Shown here in pieces: positions 24,100-36,605 of a DNA stretch of 64,000 nucleotides (position 1 is its first letter; each line of letters starts with the position of its first letter). The position numbers and the translations under genes are program-made. The notes beneath the pieces are model-generated. The model was given only the letters and a program-made list of their open reading frames with translations. It was not told the origin of the DNA and did no database searches. This DNA comes from Octopus vulgaris. Lineage: Eukaryota. The stretch covers positions 116,064,001-116,128,000 of the forward strand of contig OX597822.1 of NCBI GenBank assembly GCA_951406725.2, given 5' to 3'.

Positions 24100-26116
24100 A
24101 GACAGGCTTGGAAGGACTGGAAGAACGGTGGTAGCAGGGAATTGTATCAGACAGCCAAAAGGGAAGCTAGGAGACAGGTTTATATAGCCAGAGGGGAAGC
24201 GGATAAGAAAAAAATTTGCCAATGTTCTGAGCCGTGAGGATGAAAGACTTGAGGTATTTCGTGTTGCAAGACAGTGTGTGAGAGAGAATCGTGATGTGGT
24301 AGGAGAGAAGTGTGTTCGCATGGATGATGGTTCACTTGCGCTAAATGAGGATGCAAAGAGAGAGGTTTGGAGATGCCACTATGAAAGTTTGCTGAATAAA
24401 GAAAATGAATGGGATAAAGAGAGTCTGCCAAATGTTGACCCAACAGAGGGACCAGCTATCCGAGTTGATAGTTCCGTGGTAGCTAAGGCAATTAGAAGCA
24501 TGAAGACAGGGAAAGCCCCAGGCCCATCAGGAATTACTGCAGAGATGCTCAAAATATCTGGCAGTGTCGGCTATAACCTAGTCACCCGTATAGTCAACCA
24601 GGTGATACACGAAGGAGTCATACCCAATGACTGGTGTAGCAGCATACTTGTCAACTGCTACAAAGGTAAAGGTGATGCCCTGGATACAAATAATTACAGA
24701 GGTATCAAGCTGTTGGATCAGGTAATGAAGGTTACGGAGAGGGTCATAGCCCAACTAATTAGAGAGAGAGTTAGTTTAGATGAGATGCAGTTTGGGTTTG
24801 TCCCAGGGAAAAGCACCACTGATGCTATATTCCTGGTAAGGCAGCTGCAGGAGAAATACCTAGCCAAGGATAAGCCCCTGTACCTGGCTTTCGTTGACAT
24901 GGAGAAAGCCTTTGATAGGGTCCCCCGATCCCTCATCTGGTGGTCAATGAGGAAACTAGGGATAGATGAATGGCTGGTGAGGGCTGTGCAAGCCATGTAC
25001 AGAGATGCCGTAAGTAAGGTTAGAGTTGGCAACATGTACACAGAAGAATTCAAAGTAGAGGTTGGGGTCCACCAGGGTTCAGTTTCTCAGCCCCCTCCTA
25101 TTTATCATAGTCCTCCAGGCAATAACGGAGGAATTCAAGACAGGTTGCCCCTGGGAGCTCCTCTATGCTGACGACCTCGCTCTAATCGCTGAGTCACTAT
25201 CAGAACTGGAGGAGAAGTTCCAGGTGTGGAAGGAGGGTTTAGAATCGAGGGGCCTTAGAGTCAACCTAGCTAAAACCAAAGTACTAATAAGTAGAAAGGT
25301 AGAAAACCCACAAATATCATCAGGAAGATGGCCCTGCTCGATCTGTAGAAAAGGTGTAGGTAGAAACTCTATAAGATGTACCCAGTGTAAGCTATGGACA
25401 CATAAGAGGTGCAGCAATGTCAAAGGTAGGCTAACTGGGAAGATAGTTTTTGTATGTGGCAGGTGCTCTGGAGCATTGACCTCCGAAAATCTGCAGAAAA
25501 CAACTTCTGTCACTTTCCGGGGGAAAAACTAGAAGTAGTTGATAGTTTCCGCTATCTAGGTGACCAAGTCAGTAGTGGGGGTGGGTGCGCTGAAAGTGTA
25601 ACTGCTAGAATAAGAATAGCCTGGGCAAAGTTTAGGGAGCTCTTACCTCTGCTGGTGACTAAAGGCCTCTCGCTCAGAGTAAAAGGCAGACTGTATGATG
25701 CATGTGTACGAACAGCTATGCTACATGGCAGTGAAACATGGGCCGTGACTGCTGAGGACATGCGTAAGCTCGTGAGGAACGAAGCCAGTATGCTCCGATG
25801 GATGTGTAATGTCAGTGTACTTACTCGACAGAGCGTTAGTACCTTGAGAGAAATGTTGTACCTAAGAAGCATCAGTTGTTGTGTGCAAGAGAGACGATTG
25901 CGCTGGTATGGTCATGTGGCGAGAATGGATGAAGATAGGTGTGTGAGAAAGTGCCAATCCCTAGCAGTTGAGGGAACCCGTGGAAGAGGTAGACCCAGGA
26001 AAACCTGGGACGAGGTGGTGAAGCACGACCTTCGGACGTTAGGTCTCACCATGGAAATGACTAGAGACCGAGACCTATGGAAGTATGCTGTGCGTGAGAA
26101 GACTCGGCAAGACTAG
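24100..26116 (+). pseudogene. RTE ORF2 reverse transcriptase (no endonuclease part), three frameshifts, embedded PHD-type finger
   Basis: GKAPGPSGI, NYRGIKLL, AFVDMEKAFD, GVHQGS, LLYADD, FRYLG, RLRWYGHVAR, RGRPRKTW across ORFs 24278-25171, 25062-25532 and 25454-26116. Confidence 0.95.
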
Positions 26117-26289
26117 TGAAGCCATAATCCGTGGCCCCTACCTGGGACGTAGTCAGTCCACCTGTGCATACCTTCCTTCTTGTGACACTTGTGAAGACCT
26201 GTTGAGGCAAGTGAGAATCGAATCGTATCAAATCAAATCGAACCAAATCAAAATAGATGAACATCAATGGAATTTGTATCCTTGTGGTA

Positions 26290-26572
26290 CCAGTGCCGGT
26301 GGCACATAAGAAAACCATCCGAACGTGACCGTAGCCAGTACCGCAATGACTGGCCTCCGTGCTGAGGGCACGTAACAAACACCATCCGAGCGTGGCCGTC
26401 CGCCAGCCTCGTCTGGCACCTGTGTCGGTGACACATAAGAAAACACCATCCGAGCGTGGCCGTCTGCCAGCCTCGTCTGGCACCTGTGTCGGTGGCACAT
26501 AAAAAACACCATCCGAGCGTGGCCGTCTGCCAGCCTTGTCTGGCACCTGTGTCGGTGGCACATAAAATCACC
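26290..26572 (+). repeat. ~63-67 bp tandem units in the RTE 3' UTR, each ending in a GTGCC-ggt-GGCAC-type hairpin plus A-rich linker
   Basis: ACCATCCGA recurs at 26314, 26381, 26445 and 26508. Confidence 0.9.
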
Positions 26573-26834
26573 CACTACACTCTCGGAGTGGTTGGCGTTA
26601 GGAAGGGCATCCAGCTGTAGAAACACTGCCACATCTGACTGGCCTGGTGCAGCCTTCGGGCTTCACAGACCCCAGTTGAACCGTCCAACCCATGCTAGCA
26701 TGGAAAGCGGACGTTAAACGATGATGATGATGATGATGTATATACATATGTATGTATAAATACATATATATACCTGTATGTATGTATAAATGTATACATG
26801 TATGTGTGTGTATATATATATACCTGTATGTATG

Positions 26835-26872
<38 letters not shown>

Positions 26873-28005
26873 TATTACACACCTGCATGCATACGTACAT
26901 ACATACATATACATACGTAATATGTATACATGCATTACACACACACACACACACGCACACACACATACAAGATAAACAGCTAGATAGAAGGGGAAAAAAG
27001 TTTAAAAAGCTAATAAATAATTCAAATAAACCAATAATAAATACAGAAAATGCGCAAGAAATATTTTTCCCCCAAAATCTCAAAATCAAATAGAAAATTT
27101 CCTCTGAACATTGTTCTTTAATTTATCATTGGCTAACGACATGGAATCAACAACAGCTTGGTTTTAATTATGAATGTTTAGCTGCTTCTAGAAAAAAATC
27201 TCTGAGAACAATAAAGCTTTGCAGGAAGAGAGAAAGGTGAGAGAGACAAAAAAAGACAAAGGGAAGAAAAACAAGTGAAACCATTAATTCTTAGAAACAA
27301 ACTGAATATCCACAACACATGTAAACATTTCTTGGGAGTTAAAAATGACAACAGCATCCTCCTTTTTTTCTATTTATTTACTTTATGTATTTTTAAAAAA
27401 AATTTGGCTGTTATTATTATTTTTGTTGCTTCGTTTGACATGATTCTTAAAGGTAATTATTTCTAAAGATGGTTGATGTTTATAGGGTTAAACACCAAAG
27501 ATAAACGACACAAAAATCTCGTGTAATAACAATATCAAAATTAAATAATGTTTCTATCTTGCCTTTAATTAATTAACATAAAGATGACTTTTTGTCAATT
27601 AACAAACTAAATTTTCAAAACATCTTTGAGAATCTTACTATGGATGCATGCAAGAGATATAAAATAATTGGTTAATGGGAAGTGATAGAGACTCAAGTTA
27701 AGTCCATAAAGCTATAACTTAATAAAGCTGATAATTAGGTAACAATTTCTATAATAAATCATCATCACCACCATCACCACCACCACTACCACCATCATAT
27801 TGCCTTTACTTTCCATGGTGACATGGGCAGGCTGGGTCATTATAGTCCATGGTCAGTTCGTATTTGGAGTTACTGTCGTTTAAACAAGTCAGAAACCACA
27901 CTGTACTAGTAAATGTCGTTTTTGATATGGTTGAGCTAAAACAATCAACAAACCATTCCCTCCAAAATTGCTGGATTTGAACTAAAATTAGAAGGAATTC
28001 TCAAA

Positions 28006-28222
28006 GGTGGAGAGCTGGCAGAATCATTAGCATGTTGGACAAAATGCCCAACATCATTTCTTCCAGCTCTTTACGTTTTGAGTTCAAATCCTGCTGAGGT
28101 CAACTTTGCCTTTCATCCGACTGGAATTGTTAAAATAAGTACCAGATGCGTACTGAGGTTGACGCAATTGACTTATCTCTTCCCCCTCAAAACTGCTGGC
28201 CTTGTACCAAAACTAGAAAGAA
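28006..28222 (+). mobile_element. SINE family B with Nin/Deu-like core
   Basis: ggtggagagctggcagaatcattag...gagttcaaatcc...gcctttcatcc...aaaataagtaccag. Confidence 0.85.
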
Positions 28223-28772
28223 TTTCCATTTTTGACATTGTTTCTAGAGCTGGATGTGCTGTCTAACAACAATCACTTTTCAATGTGCACTTGATGCATT
28301 TTATCATGACACCAAAAGTAGATATGTTGTTTTGCATTGGGCAAAACTAAAGGGTCCTCGCTATTCTATACTCTTCCTATTCATGCTTTGTGATCACTTT
28401 GACATTTGAGGAAATAGCACAGCATGCACCTCAACAGACAAAGTTGATTTGATAGGGGTGGGCTAATTGTACGGCACAAGCATCTGATTACTGTAAACAA
28501 TCACCTGTGCAGGTGGTTCAGCAAGAAACTGTGGAACTCTCATCTGTTGTCTGACAGAAGAGTGCACGAGTAGGATTAGAACACAAACCTCTAATTTTTA
28601 ATTATTAGACAAAACAGAAAAATCAAGTAAATTTTTTGTGCTGTAGCCATAGCAACCATGTTTAAGTCAGTCAATAGTTTGTTTAGAACACAGCACACAC
28701 CCACAAATTTAGAAATGTGTTTGTGGAGAATGTCCAAATCAAGAAAGTATTAAAGAGTGGCAGAAAGGAAGG

Positions 28773-28777
<5 letters not shown>

Positions 28778-28846
<69 letters not shown>
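28778..28846. repeat. (GA)n microsatellite
   Basis: Directly visible. Confidence 0.95.
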
Positions 28847-28959
28847 ATTATGATAAAATTCTGGATCAATCAACTTTTTCTCCTAAATTCTACATTCATT
28901 TTTTCAGCAAGGTGGTATGACCATGCTGGGGCTCTACCATTAGCATGATTGTTAGTCTA

Positions 28960-29820
28960 CTGCAACCCACTACCCAGCCCACTCTCTCTGGGTTTGGTTC
29001 TGGTGAAGGAGTGCTGTCCTATCTGCATTTCTAGCCATGATGTGGGATTGTTTGGGATCCCAGATAGAAATTTGCCTAAGTGTCTTTGAACGCATCCACA
29101 TCTATATGTCATAGAGCTTTTAAGTTTTTTGGCAAGGAATTGAAAAGTTGTGGGTCCTCGAACCCCAAACTGTTACAGTATTGGGTCCTTACTCAAAGTA
29201 GAGAGGGTCAGATCTATGATACTAGGCCGTGGTGTCCAATTAAGAGGTCGGTACTGCTTTCTATCTCAAAGTTAGGTGCATATGAAATTTTGCATTACTC
29301 CTCCTGTACATCCCAGGCCGTGCAGTGGCTGTGAGTCTGGAACTGCATTGCTCACCCGGGTCCTATATATTCTGATTGAAATCTGTTGGTGTGCCTACAG
29401 CAGAGGCTTGCAACTTTTCAACATTGAACAGCATGTTATTTTCTTCAGCCCCTCTGGATATTGTGCTCAGTTCCTTCTGTAATTTGCAGTTATCAATAGA
29501 TGGCATATGAGAGTCAACCTTATAGAAGGCCTCGGCAAAAAGAAATGATTTTCTTCAAGGAATGTGATCAGCTGGCTTCTTACAATGCACTCCATGACCT
29601 TGCAAACAGAGTTAGGCCTATGATCTTTGGGCATCTGATCTACTTCCTCTTTTATGAATGAAGCATATTATGCCTTCTTTTAAAATTTTGGTAAGTTTGC
29701 TACATGCAAGGAAGCTCTAGAAGATTAACTGAAGGGATTTCATGTGAACCAATGGTTGACTTATCCTTGTGAGGATCTGCAGTGCTGAGGAACTCATCAG
29801 GATCATCTATTTGCATATTC
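28960..29820 (-). pseudogene. Decayed CR1/L2-group LINE, 3' part
   Basis: Minus-strand remnants FAEAFYKVD, AEENNMLFNVEKLQA and RTQYCNSLGFEDPQLFNSLPKNL...DVDAFK..LGKFLSGIP are typical of CR1-group RT C-termini; many indels. Confidence 0.65.
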
Positions 29821-29884
29821 TCAACAGAGAATTAAAAGCACTGAGGAGTCTGTGGTCAATGAGTCATTTTCTTCAAAGTGGCCC

Positions 29885-30108
29885 ATCATCATCATCATCA
29901 TCATCATCATTGTTTAATGTCCGTTTTCTATGGTGACATGGGTTGGACGGTTTGACTGGGGACTAGCAAGCCAGGAGGCTGCACCAGGGTCCAATCTGAT
30001 CTGGCAAGGTTTCTACAGCTGGTTGCCCTTCCTAATGCCATCCACTCCGAGAGTGTAGTGGGTGCTTTTTACATGCCACCGGCATGGGAGCCAGTCAGGC
30101 AGCACTGT
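29885..30108 (-). mobile_element. RTE 3'-end fragment with (CAT)n tail
   Basis: Colinear with the terminal part of the RTE 3' UTR (reverse of ~26550-26738). Confidence 0.85.
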
Positions 30109-33100
30109 AATATTTTTATCTTTAATAATTTTTAACATAAATATATTCTTTTTTGGTATATACCCTCAGTTCTGACTATTCATGCACACAAGGTTAGTAA
30201 ATATTCATATGAAACTTTGTAATTTGTTTCACGAAAGCAATCTGACTTATCTGTATATTTTCACAATTTACCTATATAACTATAACTCATCATCATCTCC
30301 ATCATCATCATCATCAAGATCATTATCACCATCATCGTCATCATCCTTGTCATTGTTGTCATTGTCATTTCACATTTGTTTCCAATACAGCCATGAGTTG
30401 CAGGGGTCATTATGGTCTGATTCAGTTCTTATTTGAGGGGTCACTGTCCTTCTAGACAGGTCAGGAGGTCATGTCTCACTTGTATGTTTATAACTTCCAA
30501 CTGAAGCCTTCAAAATAAGCAAAGCTTTTCTGTTAAACTTTTGAGTTATTAATGTGTTTCTCTTGTAATTGAATATATATTTATGGCTGTCTGTATAGGA
30601 ATGAATAGTCACTGCATTGAATCACCTCAAAACTGAATGGACTTTTTCGCCATTTAATGATATATTCTCTTCCCTTGTATGTTACAAATGCTGTATGAAT
30701 GACTGCAATAATTGTTGATCGACTGTCTTCAACAACTGCTTACCTCGGTGATACCAATTTTCCTTAGGGTAGCAAGGCTGGTCGATTATACTTTTTTTGT
30801 AATTTTGGTTCTTGAGAGTATAATCTATGATAATAAACATGAAATTCTGTCTGTCTGAGACTCCTGAATCTCAGTCTACAGTTGCTCTACATAGACATAT
30901 ACCTTTTTGGAATCAGGGATTGAAAATCTACCCTTCATTTGATTCTTCAACATCCAACATTGGGATCCGATTTAAAAGCATTTAGGTTGTTATTTCTAAC
31001 AGGTAAAGCTTGGCTGATTCTTGCCATCTTGGTTGGTGTTTGTCAGATAACGTCAGAGATCAAGGGGGAGATAAAAGACATTCACTTCATTAATTTTACA
31101 TAGACATAAGAACTTTGGGAGAAATTGGCCACCAGTTGGAATTCCTCTTGGAACTGGAACAAAAGAATGATTGCAATACAGAATTAATTCTCATCTGTCC
31201 TTAACTTCTGAAGCGCCACCAGGGCATATAGTTATTATAGCTGTATTATAGTCATGCTATTTAACTCTCATTAGTTCTGGGCCACAGGCCCAATTAGCCC
31301 TCCACAGGAGCTAGCTTAAAAGTCTGCACAGAATGCAGCTTTTAACCTAGTAACATAATAAAGGGAAAACAATCTAATAGAAAAAGAGAGAGTACCAGGC
31401 AGCTGGTGGAATCAATTGGATGCTGGTGAAATGGCAGAACAGCTGATGATGAAACAGGAATCATCAGCATTGTGCTGCATCTTTAGCAAAATAGATTCAT
31501 TCACAAGTGCTTAGTCCAACAAGCCGTAAATAGGAACCAGGAGATGTTATAATTTGAAATGTAAGCAAGGAAACCACTGTGTATTTGAGTTCTTTTGACT
31601 AGGAACAAGGCCAATTTTCACAGGGATGGGACTACAATAGATTAACCCATTTCTAGTAAATTGTTGATCCTTTCTTTATCAATGAAAGTGGATCCACCAC
31701 TGGTTCCAACAATAAGCAATCAATTCTTCAATCAACTGAACTGTTAAATTAACATGGAGCCTTAATTAAAAAAAATCAGTGTGACAATACATGACAAGTA
31801 CATTCCAAACAATGGGCTTCCATACAGTTTCCCCCAATTTTCCTCACAAGTTTTGGGTCAATTTGAGGTTATGGTAAAGGACATTTTGACTGAGACATTA
31901 CAGAGTAAGATCAAATTTAGATCTTTAACCACTCAGTCATATCTATGTTAAACAACATTGCAAAGATGAAAGAAAAACATCAGCTGAGTAGGAAATGAGT
32001 CCAGAGTGTAGAAGGTTGAGGCTGAGCATCACTGCTGCCTCCACTAACATAACAAGGAATAATTTACAAGTAACGTCTATTATCAAATCTCTCTTTAGAT
32101 GCCACACCTGCCCGTGTCAGGAATCACGGACCTCTTTCCTAAAGTCTGAAGGTTTGTGATTTTGCTAAGGGAACATACAACTGTGAATCCTTGTTGCCTT
32201 CTACTCGTTCATTGGTAGTTTACTCTGCTAATCTATTATTCTCCCAAGTTTACCCTTGAGACACATGGCCTATTTAACACCCCAGCAAGCAGAATGGCTT
32301 CACATGACATCAGGTAATGTCCACTTATCAGTAGGCTTGTGTGATACATGTCTAAAGGCAAGCCTTCCTCCGAATCTCTACACTTTGGGTCCATGATCGC
32401 TGACACCCATAGCTATGGCATCTGAAGAAATGGAGTTGAGAATAAACATATTACACATCAATTATTCACTATCAAGGTTTATAGGTGTACACTTTAGTCA
32501 CATGACCATATTCTGCTATTTGGGCCTTAACTGGAAACCTTCTGACCTGGGAGTAGAGGTAATTAACAGGTACCTCCACACACTTTCCTTAAAACTCCCG
32601 AAATTCTACCTCATCATCGAATGCAGTTCCATGTCTTCTTGCCGAGAACATTATCCAGGACATCTTTATGAGAAATACATCCACAAATGGAGAAAGAGAA
32701 ACCTTGTAAATGGCGAAACAATAACTTCCTCACCAGAAGTAATAGTGTAGGATAAAGTATAAAAATGTTACTTTTGTGAGAAAAATATCCAAAATAAATA
32801 GAACATGATGATTAAAACGAAAACATTCTGCTAAAATTTGTTTTACTTTGGCCAACATTTTCATAATTTATAATGATGAAAGAGAAACTAGTTAAAAAAC
32901 AAAAATGTTTCAAAACAACATTCCATAGCAGTCAACCAATATCTTTATCGAAATGTTCTAAGCTTCATCTTTCAAAGAAAATATTATCATTATTGCCTTT
33001 TTGGTGTTGTTACTTTGCTTTTTAAGAGCTATTTCAGGTCTCACTCAAGAGTCCTAAAGAAACAGCAAAGATAGACATTTTACTGTGGGAATTATTTATG

Positions 33101-33229
33101 AGTAGTAATGAATATTTCAGGGAAAGAAGACCAGATATTGAGAATTAAGATTTCATTAAAAGTTTGTTGCAATATTTAGAATTTTAAAAGATTTTAAAAC
33201 ATTTATGAGTTGACAGTATTTTTGATTTT

Positions 33230-33535
33230 GGTATTTTTGGGGTTTCCTTATATTTGGTCATAGTAATTAAGAGAACTATTTGATATTATCCCCAAATCTC
33301 CAATGATGACATATACAGTTCTCTGTTCTTAGATGCCACACTTCTGAGACCTCTAATTCAAGGTCCCTGTATTCACTTAACTTTTCAAATGTCTTCACAG
33401 AAGTGTAGCAATCTGCCGGGGTTGACATATCTATGAACTAACATGTTTTGTCACATTGATTTTTTCACCACAAAATCTCATCTGTTGGCCTGAATAGCTC
33501 AACTAGTTTGGATCACAAAGAATGGCAATGTCTTT
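33230..33535 (-). pseudogene. Fragment of an RLE-bearing non-LTR element (R4/Dong/NeSL-like C-terminus)
   Basis: Minus-strand KTFEKLSEYRDLELEVSEVWHL...TVYVIIGDLGII matches the EK..KY.DL..E...W...PV.IGALG motif of restriction-like endonuclease domains. Confidence 0.65.
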
Positions 33536-33564
33536 ATTTTTTATCACTTTTATTATTTATTCAT

Positions 33565-33595
<31 letters not shown>

Positions 33596-36384
33596 TTTGT
33601 TCAATGGTTCCCTAAGCAAAGACGTAATGTATTCGCAAACATGCATGCACAAACAGACACACTCACAAAAACACATACACACACTCACACACACAAATTA
33701 GTCTGAGAGGAGGGAAACATGGAGGGAAACAAGCCAAAATTAAACCTGAACAGGCTACTATCTGAGATTAACTTCCTTTAGTCCATAATGCGTTTAGTGC
33801 ATGTATTCATTAGCATGAGTTGCTTTGTCTAACAGGACGAGTGGGCCAACATGGTGGCCCAGCCACTGTGAATCCACTCTGCTGCTCCTACCACCATCAG
33901 CTTGATTAACAACAACCACTACAGACATCATGCCAAGTGTTAGGTTATGAGAGGTTTCCAACACAACAGCAGCGATAGGTTCTTCCAGCTTTCAACAGTA
34001 ATGACCCCTTATATATATATATATATATACAATATAATGTAGAAGCCTAGACTAATCAATAACACAATACAGGAGATAACGTTTCCAAATCACAAATACC
34101 AAATGGAACCTCGAGAGCATCTCTTTGGTGTCTTATCAAGGAGCAGTGAATTACTGGGAAAAGAGGACTAAGTTGTCAGTTTGTTACAGAGCAGAAGGAA
34201 AAACAAAACATTACTCCCCCCACCCTACCCCACCCCACTGAAAACTGACCAAATAGAAGAAACAAAAGGAAATATTGATAATCATAAACAATTAAAACAG
34301 AGCCTACAAACCAACTAAACCTAAAATAATCAAGTCAGCTGATCACTTAGTAACGAGGCAAAACAAACATAACACCCCATCACCACAACCACCATGTTTG
34401 AAGAAGAGAACAAAAACAAAAAACAAAAAACCAAAAACAAAACCAGAGCTATGCAACATCTTCAAGCAGAACATAACTTCCATTCTTATCCATCAAATCA
34501 TTTCCTTTACAATTGTAAACAAAAGCAGAAACAGCTCCCAGCTCACTTGAAAGAAGCAGAGTGAGGAAGTAAGTGATGCCGACAATTAACACAATCACAC
34601 TTCTCACTGGTTCCATAAATAGTTCTACAATATATTTCCACAGACAGAAATAAGGGTGTGGGGATCAGTTTCTGTTCCACACACACACACACACACACAC
34701 ATAGCTAATGTCTGTAGCATAATGAAATATTAGGAAATAGCATCAGCATTTGCTTCAGTCACAGCTCAATGACAAATATCAAATATGACAAAGTCATCCC
34801 CACAAATATGAAATAACAAAAAAATATCTTATCCTGTTTCATGTTTTCCTCCATTCTTTTCATACTTTCATAGTTTGACCTGCAAATAACTTTATTTTCA
34901 AAGCAGGCAGTATTGTGATATTGTTTTTCGCTACACTTCAGCTTTCAGAGTCAAAATGCCCAGAAATGGACACAAAGGATATTCTTCTCAAACTGAGCAG
35001 CAGTTGTGAAATGGTGCCAAGGAAGAAGCTAGTCATTACCATCATACAAATATGATAATTTCAGGTAGACACAGACATTGTAAATATTCAACATACATAC
35101 TTGTTTATAAGATGATAAATGCATGAGAGGAAGTTTTATAAGGATAATAACCATGACAGCAATGATGGCAATAATATAATAATGATAATTTTGTTTTCTC
35201 GGAATAAGGAGAGTTTGACTCCATTTCATTACTGAAATTTTAGATAAAACAGAATATCAACTCCAAATCAGGAAGAAATACAATAATATCATAAACTGCT
35301 TAGCCTGACTATTTACTGTCTGTACCAATTCCACATCCTAAATAATAACATTGTCAAAAATAAAATTTACACACGAAATGAAAAGTATAAAAGCATTTTG
35401 AAAAGTCAACAGCAAAGAGCCAAGCAAAGTGAACCAACTAAAAGTTTCCCAACATTTCAAGAGAATTTAATTTATAAAAAATTCAATCTATAGATGTGTA
35501 AAAGACTAAAAATAGCAGCTATTTTCCCTATTTTTATGATATAATCATTATTATGTTAGAGAATTGCACTACTTTCATGGGCATAGGTATTCTAACAGCC
35601 AGAATAAATACTAACAGCAGTAAAGATTAAAAAATGAAATAAACCATTCTGAACGAAATAGCATAATGAAAATCTAGTGAAGTGTTTTACGAACATTATG
35701 GAGACTGCAAGAGAGAATCAAACAAAGGAATTATTCAAGCACAATATCAAACAACAAGTCTTTACAATTTTTCCTTATCAAATCACCAAAATCTAACTTA
35801 CTGAATTTTTTATTGTCTCCCAATTTTTGTGTTGGCTACAATTCAAGAAGAAGTTCTAAAAGAATCAGACCAATTCTTTCGGCTAAGTCATGTCAGAATT
35901 TATTTTACAATTAAAAAAGAAAAAAACTGCAAAATAAAACACCAACAGCATGAATGAAAAGTTTGATTTCAGTAAAAATTTACTATAGTGGCAGATAAAC
36001 AGATGAACAGACAGACAGTATTGTATGTCCACGTCCATTGAATCAGAAGAGAGCTCTTAAAAGTTGAAAGAAGGAAGTAAGTTAAAATGAAACATTTTCT
36101 AGATAGCTGGCTGTATACAATTTGGAAATGTTTGTTGGCATGTGCACAGACAAGCAGATGTCCAATAGCAGAAAAACAAAAAGGATAATTGTATAACACA
36201 ACATATGACATCGTTAATTCTATACAAGAACACACACACATATATATATATCTGGTTTAAAATAAATTCTGAATTCTTAATTAGAAGAATCTGATATTCA
36301 AAAGGTTATAATTTCAATCTACATGGATCTCATTCAGTTCTAGAAAATGTGTAAGAATACTTGTTTTATGTATCAGACTGATTA

Positions 36385-36605
36385 TACAAAGGGATGCTGA
36401 AAACTTCCTGACTTTAAGGGTTTCGTGAAAGGCCCGGTTGGAGGCCCAACCTTCTGAGTTCTTTTACAGGGCTTAGAAAAACTGAAAGACCACTGCAATA
36501 AGTGTGTGAATCTGAGAGGGGAATATGTTGAATAAAATCGTAATTAACTGATCTACCTGTATTTTCTTTTACCCGAGGCCAGAAACTTTACAGCACACCC
36601 TCATC
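36385..36605 (+). mobile_element. mariner-derived MITE
   Basis: TIRs tacaaagggatgctgaaaacttcctg / ccagaaactttacagcacaccctcat; retains the transposase end GLEKLKDHCNKCVNLRGEYVE*. Confidence 0.8.

Larger units (their letters stand above)
24097..26738 (+). mobile_element. RTE-clade non-LTR retrotransposon copy 1, 5'-truncated, with (GAT)n tail and ~24-27 bp TSD
   Basis: RT coding region, ~600-bp 3' UTR and (GAT)n tail; ATGTATATACATATGTATGTATAAATA duplicated at 24067-24093 and 26736-26762. Confidence 0.95.

Noticed and set aside
26290-26572. Repeat-spacer appearance suggesting a CRISPR array
   Set aside because: Intervening sequences are homologous to each other, the array lies in a LINE 3' UTR of an animal genome, and no cas genes are present.
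31441-31470. CTGATGA...GAAAC motif
   Set aside because: No stem II between the motifs; it is a simple gctgatgat/atcatcagc hairpin, not a hammerhead.
35960-36060. Minus-strand acceptor-like site (tttaac...ttttAAG) with an open frame ELSSDSMDVDIQY
   Set aside because: Weak AAG acceptor, no convincing donor and no homology recognised.
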